A DNA stretch of 64,000 nt, taken from the human T2T-CHM13v2.0 reference genome, Homo sapiens. The translations under genes were made by a program, and so were the position numbers. The stretch lies in NCBI RefSeq assembly GCF_009914755.1, contig NC_060942.1. The stretch is one strand, 5' to 3'. The notes beneath the pieces are model-generated. The model was not told where the DNA came from. It saw only the letters and a list, made by a program, of their open reading frames with translations, and made no database searches. This document shows positions 15,942 through 30,792 of this stretch, in pieces; position 1 is the stretch's first letter, and the number at the start of each line of letters is the position of its first letter.

Positions 15942-17199
15942 TAAAGGAGGTTGAGCAGAGAGACCAACGAGGAGGCAAGTCAACATCAATTGAGACCCTG
16001 TCATTCTGAAGTGTCAGAGCATACTTTCTTAAACTGTGAAGGATCTCCAGGACAACCAAGTTCAGCCTCTCATTTACAAATGGAGACACCGAGTCACAAA
16101 TATGTAACACTCAAGGATGCATGGCTGGGTAGACACAGAGGTGGCTCCAGACCCCACCATGCTGCCCCTGTGGTGATTGGCACAATGGTCAACTTCAAGC
16201 TTACGGGGGACAATGGCTCTAATGCCAGTTACTACTCATTGAATAGCATTATGTGCCAAAGAGTGAGCTGGCTGCTTTAAGTGTTTATATCTCATTTAAT
16301 CTTTAAAATGAGGTCAAGGAAATCATTGGTAGACTGAGAAGATACCCTACACTGAACTGAACCAAACCAAACTGAAACACCCCAAGACTCCTGAGGTTCC
16401 TTTCAAACTGCTGGTACAATCATAAAGAGGCCTAAGGAGGGATGGGAAAGAGGATTCTCAGGGCAATGGAAACCTCTGGGAAGAGTAGTACACATGAGGT
16501 TTCATCTCCACTTACCTTGCAGCTCTTGTTCTATTATGTGCTGTGTCCCTACACTTAATCCTGAAAACTCTTACGGGATTTGTCACTTTACAGCTAAGGA
16601 AGTTTAGCTTGAAGAGGCTGCCAATTCTGCCGAAGCTGTCTTCTGGCTCTAGGCTCTGTACCCCCCACCCTTCCCATGCTGCACTGTCTAGGGCACCCCA
16701 TGCCACCTCATGAACCAAGGCATGTAACTCGACACCAGGCCTGGCTTTACCGAGAGGCCAGCAGGTTAATCCTTTCAACTCTCCCCTGTGGTCCATGCAT
16801 GGTAATTACAGAGGGAGGGCTCATCTGCATTGCTGCAGGATGGACCAACCCAGAGAGGGTGGAGACATCCTGCTCAGGGGTGAGGCTGGGGAAAGAAGTG
16901 CAAAGACAGATGGACCACAGGATGAGGATGGCGAGAAAAGGGAAGGGCCTGGGTGGTTGGGCCCTTTTATCCATTTGGCTCTCCTTTGCCAAGAAATGCC
17001 TCTTTTTCTCTATGTCTAGGCTTCCAAGCCATGGGACATATGGTTTGGACTTTAGGAAAAGATTTCATTTAGTTTCTGGTCCAGAATTATTTTGCTGGCT
17101 AAGAGATTCAGAGGCTACTTACAAATGACATCTTTAGCATTTGGAGATATTTAATTATAAAAGTGATACCTGCTTATGTTGTCAACTGGAAAAGTATAG

Positions 17200-17646
<447 letters not shown>

Positions 17647-17782
17647 TAGCTTCATACTTTTTTATGGTTACTAATTTGGATTCTCAACCAACTTTTTTTC
17701 CTAATATCTGAAACCTAACATAGACAAATCCAGGGTGGAGGCTGGGTGAAGGTGTGTAAGTTGTGGGCATGCACAACGGAGA

Positions 17783-17802
17783 TGTGTGTGTGTGTGTGTG
17801 TG
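17783..17802. repeat. (TG)n microsatellite
   Basis: Direct reading. Confidence 0.9.
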
Positions 17803-19967
17803 CACACATGAGAGGCATGTGCAGAGCTGACACCGCACGTGCAACCTAAACTCAGGACAGCAGGAAGGGAAGGAGTCGTGGAGAGAGGAGATGGTGTTGC
17901 AACCTTTGCCTCCTTTCTGCTGAGATGAGAGAGGAATGAAACAAAGTGGGGGGAAGGGAAGGAAATGCTAGGTTAATATATGAAACCTTTAGAAAAGTAT
18001 TCTCCCTGTTTTGCATATATTTTTAAATGTCCATAATAAAAAGTTTTTCTGTTAAAAAAGGGAATGCGATGCTGGAGATAATTATAGTGTAAAAAATATC
18101 ATCAGTCAATTTGTTGTTTCAGAAGTCTGCATTATCATAAACAGCATTTAATTCGTTTAAAGTATTATAACTGTTAAAAATTCTAGGACTAGCTCTTTAA
18201 GATTTCCAGACTCAAGAAATTTCATCTATATTTCATGAACACAGATAAAAATTAATTCAGAGCTTGTTATAGAAATGGATAGAAGTAATTTAAGAGAAGG
18301 GGGAAAATACCTTCTAAGTAAAAACAAACAAAACAAATTATATCTACTTATGAGGAGATAATGTTTCTAGTACCTGTTCCCTGAGGTGGCATCATTTTCT
18401 TAAATGATACATAGAACTGAAGAAAGTAGGGGAGAAAGGAAAGGCAAGTTTGAAATATAAGAAAAAGTATGAGTGCAATAACAAGTCAGGAACTCGGCGT
18501 TTTGTAGAATCCATCACTGAGGGCTCAGGGCCACTCGGGGGTAGCTGATTCTCTGGTAAGCTTATTAATCCTCCCCTGACTTCGGTTAGAAAATTTTTAA
18601 AAATTAGAGGGTTACATTGACTGTTTACTATGAAAAGTACTATTACAATGAAACTGAATCTTTTTAGAATTGACATAAGTAGACTTTTTGTTTCTTCATT
18701 TACTGAATGCCCACCATGTTCCCTGTGCTCTTTGGGGCCTTAAACTGGGCATGATATGGTCCCACTGGGTGTCACGGAAGGACAGAGGAGAGGGAACCAG
18801 CCGGCCTAGGCAGGCAGGGAAGGCCTCCTGCTGGAGGCAATGACTCTGCAGGGTTTGGAGTAAGGGGAAGGGCACAGGGGCTTGGAGAAGAGATTTTAGC
18901 CCAAGAGCTCAGCTGAAGGGAGGCCACGGAGGCAGGAAAGAACATGATGTTTGATGGGTGACGTACAGACACAGCCAGTGAGGAGCATTTCTCTCAGTAT
19001 TGACCTGAGCGGGGTAGATAAGGGCGCCATTATTCACAAGAGTTTTGGCACAGTCCTTCAGTCATGTCTTAGGAACTTCCTGGCATGTTCAGCTCCAAGA
19101 CCCATAGACCTGGGTTTGAAACTTGCCTTGAGTTTTGATTTCTTCACCTGAGCAATGGGATAATACCTACCTCAAATAATTCTCATGAGGAATAAGTGGA
19201 TATCTAATAAGCCCTACATTGAACTGAGTGTTCATCTGTGCAGGGCACAGTATAGAGTCTTGACACCTCCATGAGGTAGGTACCATTATCCCCATTTTAG
19301 AGGCAAGGACACCTAGCCAACTAATCAATGGTAAGGCCAGAATTCACAACCAGGCAGCTGGACCGCAGGGCCCAGCTGGGACCCACATCCTCACTGTGGC
19401 CATTCTGCTGCTCAGTAAAGCACTGTGCGTGGCCTTGGTAAATGCTGACAGATTTGCATCCTTGGGAGACAGTGTGCTATGCCAAAACAGAATTCTGACT
19501 GAATAGAAAATCCTGCATGCATCTTGAATTGAAAGAAAACTTTTAAGATCACCTGGGCCTGTTCTCTGACTTGAGTGTTTGTTTAAACATGATTTCTAGG
19601 GTAAATGGCTATTTGTCTAAAATCAGTTGAGGATCAGATCATCATAACCTCCCTGGGAAGCCCAATTTAGTATTTTTTTCAGCTAGAACAGTTTCTGTTT
19701 AGGTTTTCCCTTGCTTTTTATTTGGGCAGGCAAGCATGAACATATGCACAGAACCTGCCCCACAGCCCACGCCCACCCTCCTCTCAACACTGTTCTATAT
19801 TTGGAGGTATTTCTGATACACCCCTTAGTCTCTTAATTTAAAACTCCATAATGTGTTTTCCATTTCACAATAATAATTGCTATTCAGAGAAAAAAATGTT
19901 AAAATAGCTAACATGTATTAAGAGTATCAAGTACTCCGCTAAAAACTTTATGGATTATCTAATTTAA

Positions 19968-20245
<278 letters not shown>

Positions 20246-23200
20246 CTGATTTAATCTTATTGCAGCTCTATAAAGTATTTTGATTTTCCTGATGGAGAAA
20301 CTGAGTTATAGAGCCATCGAGTAACTTGCCAAGGGTTTCTGAGCTATGCAGTCTATTGTCCCTGAAGAGTGAGGGCCAGCACATGCTCGATGCTGTCCCC
20401 GACTCACAGTGTCCGTCTGTCCCAGAAGTCCCAGCTCCTTTCCTGCTCTGGCACCTCCTGCCAATCTTTCTTCATCTCGCAGTTGCGCTCTTTGTTACAG
20501 AACGAACTCTTTTGCATGTGTTCCCAATGAACCTAATCTGTGTTGGAAGGACTGTTCCTATTCCTGGGTTTCTCAGTATTCGCAACCCTAAATACTGGAC
20601 TGGGGCCTTCCTGTGTGAAGAAACATTCTTGATTCTTCATCTGTGGTGTCAATAGCTCTAACAAATGGAACAGACTCTGGGCCCGTCCCCCTGTGACTGC
20701 TGCTCTCCAGGTGGCCCCGTCTCTCCCTATTTTTTGATTATTTCCCTTGGTGTTTTACTGTTCCAGACTGTTGGAATTAACTTGCATGTCACTGCAGTCA
20801 CTTCATATAAAAACGTCAGATTAATTATATGACACTATGAGAGGAGTATGGCCAAACCAGCTATATCTATTTTCAATTTAACAATTTTTCCCACTTGCAA
20901 TCATGCCAGCAAAAGAACAGTATTTAAATCTTTTGCTTTTTACCTATAAGTGAAAAACCAGAGGCTTAACACAGCGCTTAATTCAAAAAGAAAGAACTAG
21001 AAAATAGACGTAATTTACTTAGAGACTAGGTAAATACATTTTGGACACCTAACAGAAGATATCTGGAAGCAAGTAACTGAATCTACCCTGATTCCTTCAC
21101 ACCCCCACCTTACCCCTCCATACTCAGACACACACACACACGACTTCATTGATGGTATCAGTCAACGGAATATCTCTTCAAATATCTACAGTATTGAAAG
21201 GTGGTTGGATGAATGAAAAGGAATGAATTATTCTGTCGTTTATGATGTCAGAGTGACTAGGAAGCTTAAAAACACATTCAGAACCTAAGCCTTGCAATGA
21301 CAAAGTCAAAGGAAGGAGACAGCCTCAGGACTGTGAGCTATATCTCTTGAAAAGGAGGACAGAAAGCTGAAAATTGGACAAGAATCCTAATATACAACTT
21401 CAAAAGTATATAGACATTTTAAAGAATCTATCAAAAGTCCATATTACCCAACATTTTAAGAATGTCTAATTGCTTTTCAAATCACAGTGGAGGATGTGCC
21501 TGGTTGGCTTTACGCTCTGAGAAGCTTAAGGTTTCTAATTTATGTCGCAAGCTTATTTAAATAGCCACCAAATCAAAATGACATGTGAAAAATATTAAGT
21601 TTATATCAGCTAATGATTCAAAGACAACACTTGTGGGTGTGTGTGGTTGGGAAATACCCAAGAAGGCGCTGACAGCATTCTGCCCTTGGGTGCACTGTGG
21701 CCAACAATGCACGGTCTGTAGGTGTGTGTCTTGTGCAATTGTCTACGCCCTTCTGGGCTTAGTCGTGGTTTATCATAGTTCAAAAATTTACCTAGACGCC
21801 CCAAGCCAGTCCATAGCCATGCTAGGTGATAGGAATATCTATCAATATTTCTCCCTACCCCTCAAAGAACAGAACCAAGCCCTAACCTGAAAATCATTTC
21901 AAGAAATAAAAGTTTCCCAGCTAAGAAGGATTCCTCATTTTTTTCCTCTTCCTTTTAAGATGATCATGTACAGGCATTGAAAAGTTTTAGTAGTAGTTTG
22001 GTGACTTCACTTCCCATAACTTCTTGTTCCACTAGCTTTTCATTCAGAAGGCCTGGGTGAGAAAGAAATACTTTTCTAATTTAAAAATCTGCATAAAGAA
22101 TTATCAATGGGTTCCTCAAGAGCCTGACACATGGTGTACTTGGAAATACAAACCATATCTTCCCTGTTCAGCTTTTCTAATCGTTATAGACATCAAGCTA
22201 GGGTGAAGAATGGAACTTCATTTTTTTTTTTAACGTGGTTCCCTAGGTTTCCTTGGTTGATACAACAACCTTTATTCCAGTCCATTTTCTCTGAATTCCA
22301 CCCTTAATGCCATTTTGTTCCTTCTGCAATGTATCATCAAAATGATGATGTTTTAATGATGTACCTTCTTTAGGGCCCCTAAGATTACAGATCAGTGGGA
22401 TATACTTAAAAGAGCATTCTTTTTTTTTTCTTTTATATTGACTGTTTGTGTTGCTTTGAGACTAGGAGAGTTTTCAGTTTTTAGGTAAGCTCTAAAGCCC
22501 TCAGGACTTTCTAAGCTATTTTTTGAAAATCAATTTTTGGCGGGGTGGGAGGGGCCTCGCCAAGTTTAACGAGGCTGGGTGGGAGTTCAGGAACACACTC
22601 AGCTCCGATCACAGAAACAAGTTTGGGCGAGCTCAAATTCACCCTTCAGCTATGAAGCCCTCCCAGCCTGGCAAGGTTTGCCACTGTTTGAAAGTGGTGG
22701 TTAGCTGTTATGTACAGTTGTAATTTATCTTCTGAATATGAAGAACACAATAAGAAAAGTTGCATAAGAATAAAAATAATCATTACCACCAGAAAAGATA
22801 AACAGCAATGTTATTACTAAGCAAACTGACACTTGGCATTTGACACTCGGTAGCAGCAGGAAGCCATTATCCAACGAGTGTCTTTTCCACTGATACCACG
22901 TCTTGAATAGATTCAGACAGTCGGGCAAATAGCTGATAAAATTGTGGCACTGAAACATGATTTTTAAAAAACATTTTCATTTGCAAATGTCACTGCCGTC
23001 AGATTGGAGCTTCCAGGTGCCTACTGTTGAAATATGAACGCATGAAAAACACACACCTCGTAAGATTACACCTGACTCTCATCCCCTGCTCGGACCAGGA
23101 CCATCCTGGGTACCTTCGAAAGGCCAGCACGGAAAGCATTCTGCACCAACGCAGCTGGCTGCTTTGGGGACAAACTGTCACCACTTCCTATCTCCAGGCA

Positions 23201-23465
23201 GCTTGAGAGTAATCTTTCAGAAGCCAAATATTGGTAATTCATCTAACTGAGGCTATAAATCCTGCATTTTTAGTAAAAAGAAATGGTATTTTTATACGCG
23301 ACTTATATAATAATAATAGACTGAACTGTCTGGTGATGCGGTGGACCAGACTCTTCTCCTAACATAGCTCACGTTTCAGTGATCCATGTTTCAGTTATGT
23401 GGCAGTGGACCCATGAGATATCTTTCAGAGGGACTTTCTGATACTACTCATAGGAAGTTTGGGTT

Positions 23466-23576
23466 AGAGATAGTGTTTCCCTGTGTTTCCCAAGCTGGTG
23501 TTGAACTTCCAGCTTCAAGCAATCCTCCTGCCTGGCCTCCCAAAGTGTAGGGATTACAGGCCATTGTGCCTGGCCT
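23466..23576 (-). mobile_element. Alu left-monomer fragment (FLAM-like)
   Basis: aagcaatcctcctgcctggcctcccaaagtgtagggattacagg. Confidence 0.8.
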
Positions 23577-24793
23577 GTTTTTTTTCTTTCAATCCTGAAT
23601 ATTTAAATGAAAATTATAACATCATGGTTTTGGGGTGTGAATAAATGCTTCTGTTTGGGAGTTGGGGGTAAAGGTTATTTTCCACGTTGGCCTGATAAAA
23701 AACATTTCCTCAGCTTGAGAATAACTTGTACGGGATTTTCTTCCAGCCTAGCATACGCATAGCATAGGTATCCTTGAAAGAAGATGTGTGAGATTCGTGG
23801 GCTGGGCTGTATGAAATAACATCTAAAATTTTAAACCCCTTTGAATGGAACTGTTCTCAAGACACAGTAAAGTGGAGCATATTTGTCACATGTTAACGTT
23901 GTAAGAGATTATCTGAATCTTCTATGAAATGCTTATGAATTTTTCAAACGAGTAAATCAATCACATGGTTTATTATTATAAAAGTTCTTTCTGGTATGAT
24001 AAGGGTAGACTCGAAATACGATGAAAAAACAGAGCAAAAATGCCTGGGGTGTTGCTCAATGATATTATTCATGACTGATCAAAAACGAGTACAGTCAGTA
24101 TTATTGTCCCAAGCGATGTGGATTGTGCCAGAGTCAATAGGAAAGGCCTCACTCTGCCAGTGAGTCTCCTGCCACACCACCATGGTGCCCATGGTACTGC
24201 ATGGTGACGCGTTTACATCTCACCACCTTTCTCTGCAGCTCAGGTGCCCTGACTTGGAGAGGCATGTGGATTGTGGGGAAACTTAAAACTAAAGATTTTC
24301 CTCACAACCTGGGAGATATAGATTAAGTAAACAGCAGGTGGAGCTCAGGAATCTGCATCATTAGAAGTACCTCGAGATGACCCTGACACAGGGGGATTAG
24401 GGAAAAGCTATCAATTGGAGGAAAGCATTCTGAAGGCAGGGGACACTCTTCTGTTAATCTGGTTCATTGCTCTTTCCCTCCAGGATAGCGAGACTAGAAA
24501 ATTCCTTTCTGGTTTGTGCCTTGAATTAAAAACGATGTAAATCTTTGCTGCCCATATTAAACTAGGCCAGGCAGGTCCTAAGGCTACTCTAGCACCTAAG
24601 ACTCAAAATGTTTGACTTTCACACTGCAGCTGCCCTGGGGTGGCTGAGTTGCTCCAGGTCATAAAGGGAGATACTAAGCAAAATTCATTCACATTCAACA
24701 AATATTTATCAAGTGTTTGCTCTGTGCCAGGCACCGAAGACTACTGGCGGATCTGTTATTTGTTTTAAAACCTAGGGCATAGGTTTAGAGGGC

Positions 24794-25086
24794 TTTTTTT
24801 TTTAGATAGAGTCTTTCTGTGTCGCCCAGGGTCTGAAGTACAGTAGTGTGATCTCGGCTCACTGCAATCTCCGCCTCCCGGGCTCAAGCGATTCTCATGC
24901 CTCAGCCTCCCGAGTAGCTGGGACTACAGGTGCATGCTACCATGCCCAGCTAATTTTTGTATTTTTAGTAGAGATGGAGTTTCACCAGGTTGCCCAGGCT
25001 GGTCTCAAACTCCTGAGCTCAAGTGATCCGCCCACCTCGGCCTCCCAAAGTGCTGGGATTACAGGTGTGAGCCACCGCACCTGGCC
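24794..25086 (-). mobile_element. Alu (Sx/Jb-like)
   Basis: Antisense full Alu. Confidence 0.92.
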
Positions 25087-25997
25087 CAGAGAGCATATTT
25101 TTACAATAAAAATTTAAACAAAGTTTCCTGGATTGGTGTGTGAGTGTATGCATGCATGCGTGCTTATGTGTGTTCCATGTAGGAGTGTGAACCTTGAGTG
25201 TCGCACTGGTTGTTGCATTGGCGGGGTGTTTTGGGGTCTACTGTTCCAGCAGCAACAAGAAAGGAGGGCACAGCAGGAGGGTGGTGACTAACACAGCCAT
25301 GGGCCTCAATCCTCCCAGCCTGGAGAGCAGCCCTCAATATCCCAGTGTTGTCAAGTGCACCATTCTTTCCGGTGGGCACACAGTGCAAGGATCAAAGCTG
25401 GTCACTGACTGTTGCTAACAACTTTCTCTTCATAGGTACAAACAACGAGCCATCAGACAAGTGGCAAGGTCACTGGTCCAAAGTCAACTTTGTCCCTGGC
25501 TGCAGGCAGGCTTGCACACTGGACATGTGGGCCTGAAAGAAAAGGACTTCAGAAACCCACACGCAAATAAGAACAAGACCCATTTATCCCATTGCCCAGT
25601 CCAAGGCGGTCCTTTCCAAACTGTTCCAAGTCATGATACACACAGAAAATGATGGTGCCATATTTGTATGACACTAGGGTAGCAAGAGTTTTGTTCACGG
25701 CAGGAAGTGACTGGCCTGGAGCTCTGGCTTCCTCGGGGGCTGAAGGGCTCACATGGGTAACCCATGTCCCAGCACTAACAGAGATGCCCTTGGCTAGGGA
25801 ATAAGGTGAAGGCTGCCTTGAGAAGAAAGTGGCTTGAAATATCATAGACAACTTGACCTTTTGTCTAAAAACCACTCTTAGAACACAGTTCCAAAAGGGG
25901 TGTGTTGGACTATATGGCTGAACATGGGAAACATTAAAAAATCCTGTGCCCAGTCCCTGCTCCAGACCAATAAAATTGGGATCCAAAGATCCCACTT

Positions 25998-26679
<682 letters not shown>

Positions 26680-26840
26680 GAACCATTGTTATCAAAGAGG
26701 AGGAAACAATAAGCATCATGGAGTCAGAGTGGGAGCTGGAGGCCTGGCTCTTACCCCATTTCCCAAAGAACACTGACTCTTAAGGTGAAGCCACTTAACC
26801 TCTCAGAGTTTCAGGGCTCTTCTCTGTAGGGATAGAGGGA

Positions 26841-26919
26841 TAAATACAGTTCCTTACCTATAAGGTTATATCTGATATAACCTTATATATAAATACCGTC
26901 CCTACCTATAAGGTTATAT
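26841..26919. repeat. About 30-bp direct repeat enclosing a perfect 14-bp inverted repeat
   Basis: tataaggttatatc-t-gatataaccttata (26859-26887); direct copies at 26841-26871 and 26890-26919. Confidence 0.92.
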
Positions 26920-27572
26920 GAAATAAACCCAACCCAGCCTTTAAATGTAACTTTATGATTTGAATAACGTTACTCAATTATTTTCCCTTCATTCTTTGGA
27001 GGATCTGGCCTCTGAGTACAATATTTTACCCAATCATTAATTTATACATTGAACAAACTTTTGAATGTCCACCCTGCGGCTGGGATGCTACCAGGTCCCA
27101 AGGATACAGGATGAAACCTCCCTTCCAGGGAGAGGGTTTCTGTCTATGATGAGACTGAGTTTTGGGTTAAGTGAGAAGTTACTGGAAGTTGAGTGTATGA
27201 CCCGGAGTCCTGCCCTGAGTTATTTCATGTTAGGATACCCAGTATGACTCATCTGGCCATCAGAAGCTCTGGCAGGGGTGCAAATGTGCGATGTCTGTGG
27301 CTAGCAGAGTGGCCTTCATTTTCATAGATCCAGTGTGATTTGTGATAGTGACAAAATCTGCTTCTAAATCTAAACTGACATGCAAACTAGATTTTGTCTT
27401 GAAAATATAGATGAACAAAGATGTATTTTTTGGGGGGAAAAACATGTAGGAATAAAATTAGTTTTAATATAAGGAGAGAACTATATGTCAAAGTGGGCCT
27501 ATTTATCATGTGTGTTCTTTTCTTTCTTGTTCTAGAAAAAGAACACCTAGATCTCACGCTTCCATCTAGATG

Positions 27573-27890
27573 TTCTTTTGCTTTTTTGAAAATTTTTGTG
27601 TGTACATAGTAGGTATATATATTATGGGGTACATGAGATACTTTGAAACAGGCATGCAGTGCACAATAACCACATCATGGAGAATGGGGTATCCATCCCC
27701 TCGAGCATTTATCCTTTGCATTACAAACAATCCAATTGTAACTTTTAGTTATTTTAAAATGTACAATTAAATTATTATTGACTATAGTCACTGTGTTGTG
27801 CTATCAAATACTAGGTCTTACTCGTTCTTTCTAGATACTTTCTGTACCCATTAACCACCCTCTCTTCCCCTCCACCCCCAGCCCACTACC
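27573..27890 (-). mobile_element. L1MA 3' end
   Basis: gtacatagtaggtatatatattatggggtacatgagata...aatggggtatccatcccctcgagcattt; flanked by ctagatg repeats. Confidence 0.85.
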
Positions 27891-27897
27891 CTAGATG

Positions 27898-27937
27898 CCA
27901 TTAGCAAAAAGCTCAATTACTTTTGCACCAACCTAAA
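27898..27937. mobile_element. MADE1/Hsmar1 terminal inverted repeat fragment
   Basis: caattacttttgcaccaacctaa is the reverse complement of the mariner TIR ttaggttggtgcaaaagtaattg. Confidence 0.85.
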
Positions 27938-28113
27938 TATTTTTCTTAATATCACTACTCACTGAAACCTTGCTTACTGGTGGTTTACTTGTTTACTGGC
28001 TGTCCTTCGCCCTTGCCCAGGTAAACTATAAGAGCAAGGACTTTTGTTGGTAACTATTTATGCATTGGCAGATGAGGAGCACACAGTAAGTCTGTTGAAA
28101 GAATGAAAGAACG

Positions 28114-28432
28114 GGCCACGCTCAGTGGTTCACACCTGTAATCTCAACACTTTGGGAGGCTGAGGTGGGAGGATCACTTGAGGCCAGGAGTTTGAGACCA
28201 GCCCTGGCAACATAGTGAGACCCCTGTCTTTACAAAAAATAGAAAAATTAGCCGGGTATGGTGGTGCATGCCTACAGTCCCAGCTACTCAGGAAGCTGAG
28301 GTGGGAGGATCACTTAAGCCCAGGAATTCAAGGCTACAATGAGCTATGATCCTGCTACTGCCCTCCAGCCTGGGTGACAGAGCAAGACCCTGTCTCAAAA
28401 AACAATCAAACAGGACAAAACAAAAACAAACA
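28114..28432 (+). mobile_element. AluJ
   Basis: Full Alu with J diagnostics. Confidence 0.9.
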
Positions 28433-30764
28433 CAATAGAGGAAACTCAGGCACTGTATGGCTATCTTTCCTTTAAATTAGGCTCGAAGACTTTATGAGCT
28501 AGATTACTTTAAAAATAAGGCCTTTTTTGTTCCCTAGTGGCAAAGGAAGTTTGCTGAATCCAGCAGTTGTGCAAGGTAAGTTACTGAAGGACTGGCTTTT
28601 CAGCACTAAACATAAAATCCAGTTTCATTGTTTTTTTAAAAGTCATTTGAAGCCAACCATTTCATTTACTCTTTACCTATATAACTGAGGAGCAATTTTG
28701 GAAAAGCAGTATTGTAAGATGAAAAGAAGAGAGAGAGAGAAGAGGAAAATTTCTTCTATTACCCTGGAGAAACTTTCCATTTTTCATTTGCCAGGTGCTT
28801 TCCCCCCTTTTAAGTTCCTCCATAAACTAACTTTTTTTTTTCAAAGATTAACCCATCTTGCCAACCAAAACTGTTCATCATTTTATGCGTTTCCTTAAGA
28901 CTTTTCATAGCAGCAGGGATATGCTCTCTTTCCATCTGTGCCGAGACTACATAACGAAGGTTGATTTAGACTCATCTAAAAATCCCTAATACCTATTCTG
29001 TGACTTTTAAATTTGCTATCGACATTGAATTATAAAGCATGTGGATGTAGAGAGCAGGTTATAATAAAAAGCTCACTATTCCATGTCATGCAGTGATTCC
29101 GAAAGCAAGTGTAGTGAATAAATTGAATGCATTTTTTTTTTGGCATTTCTGTTGAGATCCTAAAACAACGGCTTGCACGATGAGGCTGCTGAACCCATGT
29201 CTACGAACTGTAGTGTTAAAACTGGAACTGTAAAGTCATAAAAAGTGATAGCACAGAATCCCCAACCCTAATACAGGATTACAGCAAACTCCCTAGGCTG
29301 GCATACAACAGTTACAAGGAAAGCCAAATTGTTGAATGCAATTATCCTCTGAATGTATGCACCAATCCCTTAGTGTTGCAGTTGTCTGAATTTCCTTTTG
29401 GTGTAGCTCCACATAAGCAATCCGGTAATGGCTAACACATCCGAGAATGACGCACGCCAAAAGCTGGATTGCTGCTGGCAGAGCACACATGTTTGGCATC
29501 TCCATCCTAAAGCTCCAAATACACACACCCCTGGGTGGCCATGGGTGTTGACTGCAAGGCTGAAAGTAGAGTTTCTTGCGTTTTGCAATTACCTACATAT
29601 GCCAGCATGCTTAGTAACTCTACTGCTATTTAGAAGAGACCAATTTAACATAATCTACTTATGTGGGAGTTAACTCATGTACTGGGTTTAAAATATACAA
29701 AAGCTTTGTCAAGCAGTCAGGTTGGATGGCTGAGGGGACTGAAACATGAGATCTCACCTTTTACCTCTAGGTCATTGGTTGACAATCAGTGCTTTTATTT
29801 AAGACCCTTGTCTTATTACCACTTGATAGTAATAACCTATTACACTTGATAGGTTCGATGAATTAGTAGTATCAATCTACTTCTTGGTTTTAAAAATGGT
29901 TATCCACATCTGAATAACCATCAATACAGCTGCTATTAAGATTGTTTTTGTTGGAGGTAATAGTAGAGAATGAATAGATCTAACTTTGAAATCAGACGTG
30001 TTTTCTTTTAAAGCAGAAATTGAACGTATTTTCATTATGCATGTGGCTAAGAGGATATTTCAGTGTCAACAGTAGATCTTAAAGAAGCCATATAATATGG
30101 TACCAATATTAATTATTTATGAAAAATTACTTAGTTACCTAGATCTTTTATTACCAATGATGTTAATAAAGGGTGCCTTGGATTTTTGACTAAGATATAA
30201 TCAGGTCTGCCCTTAAAATTTTCAGGGTCCAGGGCAAGAGTGCGAGTGGAGGGTCTACTTTGCATACTTCTAGATATTTACAAGCTACAAATCAAGCTAA
30301 CAAACTATTAAACAAAATATGTTCTATCTTCTTTATCCATTTATAATTCTTTTTTGGTGGTAATATATTTTTCTTGACTTCATACTTATTTAAAGTGAAA
30401 TTATTGCAGATCTGAACTGGGTGTTTTTCTTGGGGATTACAATTCAAAATGGCAGTCAGAACTGGAGACTCTTATGAGCCTCTGAAAGGAATCAGTGTTT
30501 ACCACTCAGATGGTGGAGATTAACCTCTGTCTCAGAAACACCTCCTAAAGAGCTGTTTTGCATCTTACATACACATTGGTTAAGAAGAAATACATTACTG
30601 ATATATGTAATACTTCAGTTAATTTGAAAACTTTAGTCCCTTTAGCTAAAAAAACACCTGATGATGGAGATGAATGAACAACATGAGTGGCTAACCTTGA
30701 GGTGTAAAAGTCAATTTACTCACTGAATCATTACTCAGGGTTTACAAGCTAAAAAAAAGCATGT

Positions 30765-30792
30765 GCACACACACACACACACACACACACAC
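30765..30792. repeat. (CA)n microsatellite
   Basis: Direct reading. Confidence 0.9.

Noticed and set aside
24328-24346. CTCF-like sequence cagcaggtggagct (weaker ones near 28530 and 49460)
   Set aside because: Mismatches at core positions; cannot be supported without ChIP data.
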